From positions 136,801 through 200,800 of the forward strand of contig JAHDYR010000062.1 of assembly GCA_019828565.1 (NCBI GenBank): DNA of 64,000 bases, in the 5' to 3' direction. The position numbers and the translations under genes were made by a program. Position 1 is the first letter of the stretch. Each line of letters begins with the position of its first letter. Below, in pieces: positions 1 through 10,823 of this stretch. The stretch comes from Carpediemonas membranifera BICM (Eukaryota > Protista > Fornicata). The notes under the pieces were generated by a model, which saw only the letters and a program-made list of their open reading frames with translations, had not been told where the DNA came from and searched no databases.

Positions 1-196
1 TATAGTATGATCAGTGCAAGGAGTACAGCAGCGTCTCTCGCAGTAAAATTCATCTCCTGTCGAATTGACGCTGATTCTGCTTGCTGCTTCATCAGATGAT
101 TGATGATCGACGCCTTTCTCATGACGGGCGCCTATCAGACCCGCACCAACCTTACCACCACCAGATAGTACACCATTTTTAGAATACCCGCAATCG

Positions 197-745
197 CTAG
201 CTTGGCGGCGACATTGCGTCCTCCCCCTCGAGGGCCGTGTAGTACGACATTATCGCGCCATGCGAATCCACACGTGCCGTCAGATACTCCATGTCCTTGG
301 GTGAGAGCACTTCGGACCCGCCTTCGAAGGACTGCCGGAGCTGGTGCCGGGCAGTTGGCGGCGACGAGAGTTCTCTCTCACTCTCCTCTTCTTCGATTAC
401 CTTGTGTAAAACATCACTTTCGCTCAATGGAAGCATTCTATGCGCCCCAAAGTCCAGGAGCGGTGTTTTGCGGACGCGTTGGAGCGGCGCGCTGTCGGGT
501 GTCTGTTGGAAGTCCCCAAGGCCTAAAGGAGAGCCTGCACTATCTCTATGGTAAATATCAAGTACTGAATCGTCCATGGCCTCTTTCTCTGGAGCTGCTG
601 GCGCTATATGAATGACACGTGTCACAGAAATTTGACCGGGCAAGCTCGGAAGGATGATCTGTCCCACGAGTAGAGTCCACGCGTGTGTCTCTTCCTCTGC
701 TACCCTTGCTACTGTCGCATTCAAACACGGTGCTAACATGAACAC
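197..745 (-). CDS. Hypothetical protein (182 aa)
   Basis: ATG-initiated ORF, longest in this region, same strand as the neighbouring genes; no recognisable motif. Confidence 0.45.
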   Translation of the reverse strand: MFMLAPCLNATVARVAEEETHAWTLLVGQIILPSLPGQISVTRVIHIAPAAPEKEAMDDSVLDIYHRDSAGSPLGLGDFQQTPDSAPLQRVRKTPLLDFGAHRMLPLSESDVLHKVIEEEESERELSSPPTARHQLRQSFEGGSEVLSPKDMEYLTARVDSHGAIMSYYTALEGEDAMSPPS

Positions 746-805
746 CTAACGTAGCCACCCATGGCGCGGCCTTTATAAACGAGAACGGGTCAGCGCATAC
801 GCCGC

Positions 806-1126
806 CTAGTGCTTGGCGACATTCTGTCCCTTCGTATACATGCTGTTGATGAGCGATTGCCGTTCAAGAACCTCGGCATTGGTTTCTTGCTGGAGAAGTG
901 CGGCCTTGATGTCCTCCTCGTTCTTCGTGGCGCGGATCTGCTCAAAGTCATCCTTCACGTGGCTAACAAAGTACTGCTGGAAGTTCTGGAGTTAGTAGGG
1001 ATGCGTATTGAGCACGAACATAGTCCTTGAAGGATTCAGCGGCCTTGAGAGAGCGCTTGAAGCTGTGTTAGGCTAGATGTCTTGCTGTACATACAGTGAT
1101 TCGATAGATGAACTGAGAGCGGACAT
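806..1126 (-). CDS. ISD11: ISD11/LYRM4-like LYR-motif protein (cysteine desulfurase accessory subunit), 3 exons: 1126-1095, 1062-1020, 985-806
   Basis: Absent from the ORF track. Removing two GT..AG introns (1094-1063 GTATGT..CTAACACAG; 1019-986 GTTCGT..CTAACTCCAG) gives MSALSSSIESLFKRSLKAAESFKDYNFQQYFVSHVKDDF...VLERQSLINSMYTKGQNVAKH*, matching the ISD11 pattern (LYR..A..F.xYNF.xYF....D.F ... L.RQ..I..MY). Confidence 0.8.
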
Positions 1127-1227
1127 TCCTGATGTTCTGACGCCTGCCAATGGGGTGCATGGACGGAATATATGGATCACATATAAACGTAAATCGACCG
1201 ACATGAGAAACGGAACCGGTAATTTAC

Positions 1228-1710
1228 TTAGAGGTTCTTGATGTGGCCCTTAAGGGCAGCGAGGGCGGCGGTGTCCTCGCCCCAGTTGGTGAGGCAGGCG
1301 GAGGAGCAGGCGACAACCTTGCAGGCCTCGCCCTCCTCGTTGAAGCGGCAGAGGCCGGCCCACTCGCCAAGGGTCTTCTTGGACTCAACCTGCATGAGGG
1401 GAACCTCGCGGTCCTTGCAGAGGGCGGTAACCTGTGTGATGCGGCGGGCGGAGAGAACAAACGAGCTTGGTGTACTGCTGGTTGTCGCAGTCGGCGGCGA
1501 GGAGGCAGATAACAGCGCGCTTGCTGTCAACGGCCTTGGCAACCTCGCGGAGGCCGCGGAGGAGGCCGTCGGTGAAGCGGGCGGACTTCATGACCTCGCG
1601 GAGAGCCTCCATGGGCTCGTAGGTGACAGGGGAAACCTCAGTGGTCTCGACAGTCTGAACTTTGTTAGCACGCCTCGTGATCATCACGAACCAGGGGTCT
1701 CAGCGTCCAT
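1228..1710 (-). CDS. RPS12: 40S ribosomal protein eS12, 3 exons (introns 1691-1660 and 1462-1432)
   Basis: Spliced product MDAETPVQTV...ALREVMKSARFTDGLLRGLREVAKAVD...CLLAADCDNQQYTKLVTALCKDREVPL...LGEWAGLC...KVVACSS has the typical eS12 (L7Ae-family) motifs; both introns are GT..AG and restore the frame. Confidence 0.95.
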
Positions 1711-2051
1711 ATTTGAATGCTTCCTCGATCGCCAGTTTTTTCGCCAAAAAAAGTTGCACGAAAAAAGAGTAGCTCGTCAAGCGACGTCTGATGCGGACCT
1801 GAGCCACGCTTGGGGTTACCACGGGCTGGTGAGTCATGAATGTAAATGTGTAGAGAAAAAAGCTGGGAAGCAGACAAACAGAGGGTGAAGCATGTTGTTT
1901 CGGCACGCACCTTTTCATCCTGTTCATTGTAGCCTGGCCTATGCACCCTCTCCCATTGCACATTCCGCCTCATCACCCTGGAAATCATCGCCGAAATGTC
2001 CAAGGGGAGGTAAGGTAGAAAGATGAGAGCTGCCAAAATACAATTTATGAA

Positions 2052-3416
2052 TTATGCCACGAACTTCACATAAACGACTATAAGAACAAGGACCAGAGCG
2101 ATTCCAACGAACAAAAGCAGTTGGAGTAAAAGAACGACTGCCAGAGCCACAGTCGCTCCGGCTGCGAGGCCGCCGACAGCAAGCAGCGCGGTGACGACCC
2201 ATCGGATGATACGCAGCATCCTCTGGGCGGGTGTGAGCTCAGACGGCAACTCCACCTCGACATCGGCGACATCCGGCGAGGCGTGAGGCGGCTCATCAGC
2301 TTCAGCTTCGATGTCAACCTCGGCCTGGTCAGGCGTTGGTAGGTCCGCAGGGAGGCTCCCGCTGCTACTGCTCTTCAAGGCAGGCGTGAGAGGAACCGGC
2401 ACCGAGCTCTCTGGGATGCCGTCGCTCTCCGTGTCATCCGCCTCGTCAGTGTCGGAATGGGCGCTGATCTTGCTGTGGACGGGCGAGTCGCTATCCTCGA
2501 GCATCACCATGCTCGCAGACCGGTCGTCCTCCTCCTCCTCCTCGTCAGGGGAGCTGGGAGCCAGCCGCGTGCCCAGCATTGCCTCTGGTGTGCCTTGGAC
2601 TGGCACGAAGGTCTGCTTGGGGATGGGTGGCTGGGGCCGGGTCCTGGGTGGCTCACGGGCTTCCCTGCCTCGATGGTAATGTTGGCGGTAGCGTCCCGCG
2701 AGTGCCTTGAGCTCTTGGATGGTCGAGTCTCGCACCACCTGGTCTGCCTCCTCCATGGCCGCCTGCATGCGGTACGCTCTCGTACGGGCGGCGAAGACTG
2801 GGGTCTTTTCTCTCGTCGTGCGGGCGCTGGTGCGAGGATTGGACCGGGCACGCTCGCTATAGCCGTACGTTGGTGTATGGAACGTTCCTGACTGTACTGG
2901 AACACGGCGAGGACCAGCAGAGTGGGGGCGGGAGGTGGTCTGGCGCTGAGCAACCCGGGAAACCGGGGCGGGGGATCGGCGGACGTTCTTCGTCCTTGGG
3001 GCAGACGTCGGCCTGGAACGAGAGAGAGCGCGTGCGGTACGGTCAAGGTCATTGATCTCGGCCATGAGCTTGTTCTCTTCTTCTGTAGGCGGAATTGAGC
3101 GGCGAATCGGGTGAGATGAAAGGCGTTCATGAACAGACATTGGATTCGGACGGTGGCTCTCTTGTACCTTTCGCGAGTAGTTGAACCGATGGGCATACGA
3201 ATTTCCGAGCAGGTCGTCGTGATTCTGTGAGAAACTGTCTCTATCAGATCCAGGTCTGCGGAAATCGAACGAACCATCGTCCGATTCCACATATTGTACC
3301 TTAGGGTCCCCCTGATACTCATCAGGCGCATGTTCCTCGGTCTCACCAAGGTACACCGCCACGGCAAGAGGCATTCGCTGTTCAAGGTCGATTTGCTCAA
3401 AAATGCGCAGCAACAT
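2052..3416 (-). CDS. Hypothetical protein: low-complexity body with C-terminal hydrophobic (transmembrane) segments
   Basis: 454-aa ATG ORF; Arg/Ser-rich then acidic regions; ends in a long hydrophobic stretch (WVVTALLAVGGLAAGATVALAVVLLLQLLLFVGIALVLVLIVVYV). Confidence 0.7.
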   Translation of the reverse strand: MLLRIFEQIDLEQRMPLAVAVYLGETEEHAPDEYQGDPKVQYVESDDGSFDFRRPGSDRDSFSQNHDDLLGNSYAHRFNYSRKVQESHRPNPMSVHERLSSHPIRRSIPPTEEENKLMAEINDLDRTARALSRSRPTSAPRTKNVRRSPAPVSRVAQRQTTSRPHSAGPRRVPVQSGTFHTPTYGYSERARSNPRTSARTTREKTPVFAARTRAYRMQAAMEEADQVVRDSTIQELKALAGRYRQHYHRGREAREPPRTRPQPPIPKQTFVPVQGTPEAMLGTRLAPSSPDEEEEEDDRSASMVMLEDSDSPVHSKISAHSDTDEADDTESDGIPESSVPVPLTPALKSSSSGSLPADLPTPDQAEVDIEAEADEPPHASPDVADVEVELPSELTPAQRMLRIIRWVVTALLAVGGLAAGATVALAVVLLLQLLLFVGIALVLVLIVVYVKFVA

Positions 3417-3736
3417 TATGAAGTCTGCATAGACTGATTGAGAGTTACTTTACTGCTTGCACTGTGCACTCTATGATACTTCATTACCCCTTCCCGCTCT
3501 CCCTTCCTTCTTCTTGAGAGTGATATTTCGATAGTCAGTCATCATCGGGGGTCATCAATCAGTGCTTCTCCAGTGCTCTCGCCAAGCAACTAGCTTCCCA
3601 CCTATCGTCTACCCCATCTTACTTCCATCCGCTCTCTTTCTTCTGCTTGTCGGATTTCTACTGTAAGGTATTGTCGAAGCCAGAATAAATGACGCATTCA
3701 TTCTCGACTTCATGCGTCATAATTGTATTGATTCTC

Positions 3737-4029
3737 ATGGCCTATGGGATTGAGACGCGAATACGTTTTGGTCTTATGATGGACCAAGGGGCCTCCGAGA
3801 AAGATATAATGAAGCAACTCGGCATAATAAGCCGGTCAACAGTCACACGTTGGAAACGGTTGTACTATACGCACCAAGGAACGATCAAGAAGCGGAAGCG
3901 GGAACACAAATCGACTATGAAGCACGACAAGTTGATAATGCGAGCTGTTGCTAGGTGCGAGGATGAAGACAGACAGTTCACTGCTGCTGATCTTCGAGGC
4001 ATGCTAGCAGGCTGGGTAGAAGACCCTCC
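3737..4029 (+). pseudogene. Transposase N-terminal half (HTH DNA-binding region), interrupted by the LTR element
   Basis: MAYGIETRIR...EKDIMKQLGIISRSTVTRWKRLY is HTH-like. Removing 4030-10067 gives GAA GAC CCT CCC TCC GTA TCT CAC (EDPPSVSH), in frame with the downstream DDE part. Confidence 0.85.
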
Positions 4030-4113
4030 TGTGGTTTGGAAGAGAAAGAGTTTACGAGTAAAAAGAGGTTTGGACCCTCCCAGGGATATTGGTAGATATT
4101 AATACTGACTACA
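4030..4113 (-). repeat. 3' LTR (84 bp)
   Basis: TGTGGTTTGG...CTGACTACA, identical to 9980-10063; adjacent to the PPT. Confidence 0.95.
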
Positions 4114-4783
4114 CTTCCCCCCCATGGCCAAGCAGTCGCGCGGCCATCACCACAACCAACATCTGGTATTACGTGGGGCTAGAGCCACCAATCGAACTTG
4201 GGATTACGCTCGCTCATGCCGAACCACTATTGGAATTATCGACGGGATAACGACAACCAACTTCTGGGATTACGTCTTATTGCAACCTCCAGGTGAGGTA
4301 TTATGCGTAGTAAGGTGTGACCGAAAGATTCGAGGATGATATCAAAAAGATTCGGAAAAGATCTATGCAGCGCTGCTAATTAAGATATGGGTTCAGGAGC
4401 TCCTGTATAAGTATAAAAAGGACGTACCACAGCCCCGCCCCCTCGCGGGCACTCTGGGGCTCGCGCTCGACTCGGGAATTCTGGCCCCGAGCATTTTTAG
4501 GCATTTCGCCATCGCTCATACAGAAAGTTCTGGTACGTTGGGCTGATCCGCCCCATTCTTACACAGTGCCCGAAAAAGGGGTTTTCGAGCCCCAATTCGG
4601 CTTCGTTGGCGAGTTCTGACTCTTTTTGTTCTGCGCTGTACCGAAAGTTAACCAACATCATAAGCACTGCTCCACGGACGGTAGAAGTCTCGTGGACTGT
4701 GTTTGAGATATAAATATTGTGAATAGTCCGTCATGGGGATCACTATGGGCACTTCCATTCGTCATTTGGGAAAAGTGCAGGAT

Positions 4784-5904
4784 ATGTCGCTTTTTCCTGA
4801 GGAAAAGCGGCCAAACATGGCGGATACGCGTGCGCTCGACCAAATTCGTGAGCTTTCGATGGAGTTAACTGATGACGATTATCGCAAGGTGCTCGAAAAT
4901 GCCCTTGCGACGATTGCTCGGACGCAACGCTATAAGGCCCGCACGATGAGCGCCCTGCAGAAGAGGGCCATCCGCAAGAGCGGCGGGAATGCCTCCCAGA
5001 TGCCCATGATGCGGTTTGTGCGCCTCTATTCTTCTTACCTAGGATCTTCACCGTGCCGGCAACTTCCGCTCGGGAGCTCTGCCGTGTGCCGGTGGGGGGT
5101 GTGATGGAGGGGTGCTTCACGAAGCAGGCAGACCAGCTCGCCGATGTGGTTCGACGGTGCTTGGCTGGCTACGTTAACTTCGTTGAGGTGCCCCTCGAGG
5201 GGATCTTCGATCACCTCTCCACCGGCACGCTGTGGAGCAAGGACGCAGGCGGCTTGCTCGATCTGTCAGCCGGCCTGCTGGTCCAGCTCCAGCGAGAGCA
5301 TCGTGCGCTCCGCTTCCTGCGGGAGGCGTCTCGCAGCCGTGCCGAAACCGACTCCGGCATAGTCCGCGACGCCGTTGACGCCGGCGTTTTCGATCTCAAG
5401 GGCAACGGCTCAAACAGGTACGTCACCCCGGAGACCCTGTTCTCGCTCTCCCGCGCTCTCGGCTGCGGCCAGAGCCTGGCCCGCCGCACCCTGTACCGGG
5501 TCGCCGTCTTGGCCCTCGCCCCAGACTACTACCGCTTGTTCCTCCACGGGGAGCGTAGCGAGAACGTCTCAGTCACCGCCACTCACTGGGCCGCCCTGGT
5601 CGCTAACCTCCGCGCCATGGACGAGCTTCCGTCCCTGCCGGAGCGGCTCGGTCTGGCCATGCAGGTCTCTGACCCTGAGCGCGAGTACGAGGTCCTTGAC
5701 GTGCTGGGTCACGAGATCCTGACGGCTGGATCCGACCGCCGACTCATTCTTCACGTTCAGTACGCGGGCTACACTGCCCCTACCTGCACTGGTCTGGACG
5801 AGACCCTCGCTGCCGTCAGCGTGGCTCGCGAGTATCTGATCGACTTTGAGCTCGAGGACTGGATCAAGGGCCCTGACGACGAGTCCGATGACGACTACCA
5901 ATAA
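4784..5904 (+). CDS. Antisense accessory gene inside the LTR element, 2 exons (intron 5014-5042), with a C-terminal chromo-like domain
   Basis: ORFs 4733-5104 and 5053-5904 are joined in frame by a 29-nt GTTTGT...CCTAG intron (..PMMR/IFTVPATS..). C-terminus EYEVLDVLGHEIL...LILHVQYAGY resembles a chromodomain. Start codon uncertain (4733, 4745, 4784 or 4818). Confidence 0.75.
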
Positions 5905-5923
5905 ATCTTGATTGAGAATCCGT

Positions 5924-8900
5924 TTACTGCCTGGAGTGCGCAGCACGGTGTAGTTCTCTCTGCTCAAGAAAGTCCTCAAACTTGTCACAGCCATCGACAT
6001 TCTCGAATGGCTCCCACGAAGCTTCGTCCGGCTCATAGCCCAGCCACTCAACCAAGTATTCGCGATTCTCGACCGGACCGGAGTCGGGCCGGGACTTCAC
6101 AATCTTGCTCGGTATATACTCGGCCGCAACAGTGTTAGCCAAGCGAGTAACTTGCTCCACGGACATGTCGCCGTGATCGAACGGGAGGACCCGGGAAGCG
6201 TCGACCCTGAACTGCTTCAGAGATTCAAGGTCACGCACAGTATAGGCAACAACCTTGTTGTACTCCTGGTGCACCGACACTAGTGCCATTGGGCCACGCA
6301 GGCCGGCGGCGAATTTGTCGGGTGGTCTGTCGGGGTAAGCCACCAGGACGTACGGAGTCGAAACCGTGGCACGGGCGTCCGGCCTGTACTGCTGTAGGAG
6401 CCGCTTGCTCTTAATGCGCTCGGCAGCCATGAGCCGGTACGCCTTGGCCTCGGACAGCCAGTCCTCTTGCTGGTCAACGATATACGTCTCACCCGGCGCG
6501 ATAACGGTAATGTCCTTTGGCACTCGCATCTCGGTGCCATACAGGATCTCGGCTGGGGAGAGTCGAGTAGGGACTCGAGGGGTCGAGTTAACAAGGTATT
6601 GGGCAATCGGTAAGCTGTGGACCCAATCATTGGATCTAAACTGGTAACGACGTGCTGTCAGGATGGACTTAACCGACACATTCGCTCGCTCTACTAACCC
6701 ATTCGACTGGGGATGATGAGCCGTCGTCTTTCTCGTTGTAAACCCGAGTCGGGCACTCAGGTCGTTAAAGACTGCGTTGACGAACTGGGATCCTCCATCC
6801 GTCTGCAGTACCTTCGGTACGCCGTATCGGAGGACCCAGTTATTGACAAACGCCCTGGACGTCTCGACCGCTCGGGTAGTCTGGAGCGGGACAAGCTCAG
6901 TCCAACGTGAGCACATGTCTATTACAACGAGGATATACTTATAGGTCGTGCCGTCGACCGTGCACGAGGTAGCGGACATAGTGTCCATGGCCACTCGGTC
7001 GAAGGGGTGCTCGACCGCGGTGTGCAAACCCGCATCGGAAGAGGCCGGGGGCTTACGCCTTAACTGGCATATTGGGCACTTGGCGATATAGTCGTCCACG
7101 TCCTTCTGGCGGACACGTACGCCCCAGTCTCGAAGAAGGTTCTTGGTCGCCCAGGCGGACAAGTGAGCCCCGGCGAAGTGATGCGCCTTCTGCAGCCTGT
7201 CCGCGACTTGGGTATCGAGGGTGTTAGCGAACACGCGAGAAAGGCCATCTGCTGCCCCGTTGTCAACACCCGGAACGTGACGTATGGTGAAATCGAGGTC
7301 AGCTAGTTGGTCGTACCATCTACGGACCTTGGGGTTGATGGACTTGGCCATGAACAGCAGGTTGCGGTGATCAGTACGGATGGTAAAGTGCGTCCACGAG
7401 AGGAATTTCCGCCAACGCTGGACGGCCAGGATGATTGCGTAGGCTTCCTGCTCTGTGGTACTCCACCTAGTCTGGACCGCGGAGAATGCGTGGGACATGA
7501 AAGCGATCGGCTGCCCGTCCTGTAGTAATACGGCGCCGCATCCCACGTCTGAGGCATCGGTCATGAGGACATGTGTCGCGTCCGTCTTGAAGTGAACGAG
7601 GGAGACCCGCTTAAGGAGCTCGGCGATAACGTCGCCCAGGGCCGCTTGCTGACCCGGCCCACCGGGTTCGGCCTTGCCAGCCGACACCTGCAACAGAGGA
7701 TGAGCTCGGGACGCGAAGTTGGGCACGAAGTCACGGAAATAATTGAGGAAACCGACGAGTGCCTGTGCGGACCGCTTGCTGGTCGGTAGTTTCAGCTTCT
7801 TAATGTCGTCGATGCGGTCTTCGGCAATCCTCACGGTGTCTCCGGACACGAGTCGACCCAGGAACTCGACCTCAGCCGCGGCGAAGACGCACTTATCGCG
7901 ACCTAGGTGTAGGTCATACTCTTGGCAACGTTTCAGGACGTCCCATAGGTTCCTTATGTAGGAAGGCTCGTCCCGACCCATGACAATAATGTCATCGATG
8001 TAAATAAGGCACTTCCCTGCCGAGATCAGGTCGGAGAAAGCCTGCTCCATGGCCCACTGGAAATGAGAACCAGCGTTACGCAGACCAAAGGGCATAGTCG
8101 TGTACTCAAACCGTCCAAGGGGAGTCCCGAAGGCGGTCAGAGGACGAGAACGGTCCGTCAGTGCCACCTGATGGTAGCCGGCCTTGCAGTCGAGCGTAGC
8201 AAAGATGGTATTACCCCTGAGCTTAGCTAGACAATCCTCTATGATCGGGATAGGGTAGTTGAACGGGGGAGTCTTCGCGTTGACCAAACGGAAGTCGATA
8301 ACGAACCGGGTACGGTCCTTCCCCTTTGGGACCAAGAATGCCGGTGAGGAGTAAGCCGATGCTGATGGCTGGATGAAGCCATGTCGGGACAGGTCGTCAA
8401 GGTGTTCCTGGAGAAGTGTCTTCTTCTCCGGCGGCATGAAGAACTCGCGGCTAAAGACGGGTTCATCATCAGACAAGACTAGATCGTAAGGGATGAGCTT
8501 ACTCGGACGCCCTACTCTGTCCTCGAACAGGCCGACAAACCGCGCGAGCAGTCTGTCCTGAAGGGAAGACGACTTGTCAGACAAGGTGAATAGGCTCAAC
8601 TTCTGGGGAGTAATGACCGTTGAGACGTCTTCAGCCTGCTCGGCGTCATTGGCGTCAGACTCCTCGCAGTCGTCAATCTGAGGAAGGATCCCCAGGGTGA
8701 CCATATCAGGGTACCCAATGATTAGATCGTACTCTGAGGGTAGGAGGTACGCACGAGTAGTAAAGGTGCACCCACGGGGGACCAGAGCTGATTTGGCAAA
8801 GGTTACTTCGGTGGAAATAGTCTGGTCGACTGTGATGACTCCAGCCGGTGTCGTCACCTCGACCGGGTCACAATGCAGGATCTTTTCGCCGGACCTCTCG

Positions 8901-9963
8901 GCCACTTGCGGCGATATGAAGGTTGCTGACGCGCCACAGTCGAACAACATCGACTCTGCGCTGGTCCTGTATATGGATCCTGACACAATCGGAAGAGCCT
9001 GCGCTCTGCGTTTGCTAGACGCCGCGAAACAAGACAAATAAGAATAGTTCTGGACCTTTATACGGTCACAGAACTCTCTCTTGTGGCCCTCGCGCCCGCA
9101 CTTCTCACACTTGGACTTGGGCTTCCGGCACTCGGGGCTGAAATGGCCCTTGCCCCCGCAGTTGTAACAGGTTGGGGTCGTGCTGGTAGGGCGAGCCCGA
9201 TCGCGGGACCGCTTGTCCGGGCGGTGATGGTCATGCGGGCGGTCACGACGGTCGTAGGGGCGGTCTCGGCGGTCATCTCGGCGGTCACGACGGTCGCGCT
9301 GGTTACGGCTCTGGCCGCGTTGCGGATGGGCGCCTGGCACGGGCGCTGTCGGACGGCGCGACTGATCGGAGCGGATCGCCTCGGTGAACGGAGCAAGGTA
9401 CTCAGCCGACTCGGCTACGTCGCGTGCCGTCTTCATGGTGTATTGCTGGGTCTCCGCCAGTGAGCAACCCTCAGTCTGCTCCTTCAGTCTGTAGTAGAGG
9501 GATTGGCCCTTCACAGCAAAGGCCCGCAAGTAGGCTTCACGAATGGTGTCATCCTCGTCCATGTTAAGGCACTCCAACAAGGTGTTGAACTGCGAGTTGA
9601 GCTTCGACACCTCGAGCGGCGTGAACGCCGCGATGCGCAGCCTGATAAGGTTCAGGCATTGTTCCTTTCTGGTGGGCGCAAGGCAGCGGCGAGTCGCTGC
9701 ATGATGATCTTCTCTCTGAGCTTGCGTGATGAAGTGGAAGGTTCGTCGTCATGTTGGTCACCCTGAGGAAGCGGAACCTCCTCTAGGGTCTCTAAGCCTA
9801 GCACTTGTGATGCATAGGACTGGATCTCCGGGCTTATAAGCTTGCGGAGCTTCGCCTTACCTCCTCTAGCCTTAAAGTCACGCAGTGACGTCGTAAAAGC
9901 TACGAAAGCGCTGAATGTTGCCTCTTTCAGGAGCGGCGCTTGTTTTTTCTGTTCTCTACCCAT
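5924..9963 (-). CDS. Gag-Pol polyprotein: Gag, two CCHC knuckles, aspartic protease, RT, RNase H, integrase, chromodomain; one -1 frame break near 9665
   Basis: CYNCGGKGHFSPEC and CEKCGREGHKREFC; LFDCGAS; LDCKAGYHQ...MPFGLRNA...YIDDI; TDASDVGCGAVL; H..H..CPIC zinc motif, VAMD..LQTDGG..GLVER; YLVEWLGYEPDEASWEPFENV. ORF 9963-9652 joins ORF 9610-5924 by a -1 shift at GAAAGG. Confidence 0.95.
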
Positions 9964-9979
9964 AGGTAAGTACTAGTAC

Positions 9980-10063
9980 TGTGGTTTGGAAGAGAAAGAG
10001 TTTACGAGTAAAAAGAGGTTTGGACCCTCCCAGGGATATTGGTAGATATTAATACTGACTACA
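9980..10063 (-). repeat. 5' LTR (84 bp)
   Basis: Identical to 4030-4113; lies 16 nt upstream of the gag ATG at 9963. Confidence 0.95.
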
Positions 10064-10731
10064 CTCCCTCCGTATCTCACCTCCGCCGCTGGCTCAAGAA
10101 GCACCGCTACAACTACAAGCTGGGCCTCAAGATGTGGTATGAGAGCGACCCCACACGTATCGGTGAGTTCTGGGCCGAGTACGCCACGGTAATCCGCCCT
10201 CAGCACGCGTTCAAAGATCTTGTCTTCTTAGACGAGACCTCCTTCGACCCCCATCAGGCACAAACCAAGGGGTGGATGGCCGTGGGCGACTCGGTGAGCA
10301 GGGCCAGCGGGAAAGTTGTGGGCAAGCGCGTTTCAGTATGCGCCCTCCTCGGCGTAAATGGGATCATAGACCGGGCTATCACCGAGGGAACGTACAACGC
10401 GGACGACTTCTTTACTGTTCTACGTCGCTTCTTAGAGCGTATCCGCGGTCAGCACAAGGTCATGGTGCTCGATAACGCACGGAGTCATAAGACGGGACGC
10501 GCTGAGCTGTATGAGCCACTGAGCAAGGAGTACGGAGTAACCTTCTTCTTTCTACCTGGCTATGCTCCTTTTTTGAACCCCATTGAGACAGTGTTTGCCT
10601 GTGTGAAGAGAGAAGTGATCAAAAACCGTGGCAGGAACGAAGATGCCCTGCCATACATCACCGAAGCCTTCGATAGCGTGTCAGAACTTGTCAACTTGCC
10701 CGCATTGTTCCGTAAAGTGGGGTATTGGTAA
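10064..10731 (+). pseudogene. Transposase C-terminal catalytic DDE domain (DD37E)
   Basis: LVFLDETSF ... VMVLDNARSHK ... FLPGYAPFLNPIETVF; 37 residues between the second D and the E. Confidence 0.92.
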
Positions 10732-10823
10732 ACGTGCAGTTTATGTCATCACCTCCAAGGCGCCATACACGGACCATGGGCAACACTGAGGATAATAAAC
10801 GATCAAGAGGTGCAACCAAAGGT

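Larger units (their letters stand above)
4030..10063 (-). mobile_element. Ty3/Gypsy chromovirus-like LTR retrotransposon, full length (6034 bp)
   Basis: Identical 84-bp TG..CA LTRs; 4-bp TSD CTCC (4026-4029 and 10064-10067); polypurine tract GGGGGGGAAG (minus strand, 4114-4123); PR-RT-RH-IN-chromo domain order. Confidence 0.96.

Noticed and set aside
4022-4081. Target site GACCCTCC(C) also occurs inside the LTR (GGACCCTCCC)
   Set aside because: A short match that could be chance; the normal TG..CA ends and 4-bp TSD indicate ordinary integrase-mediated insertion.
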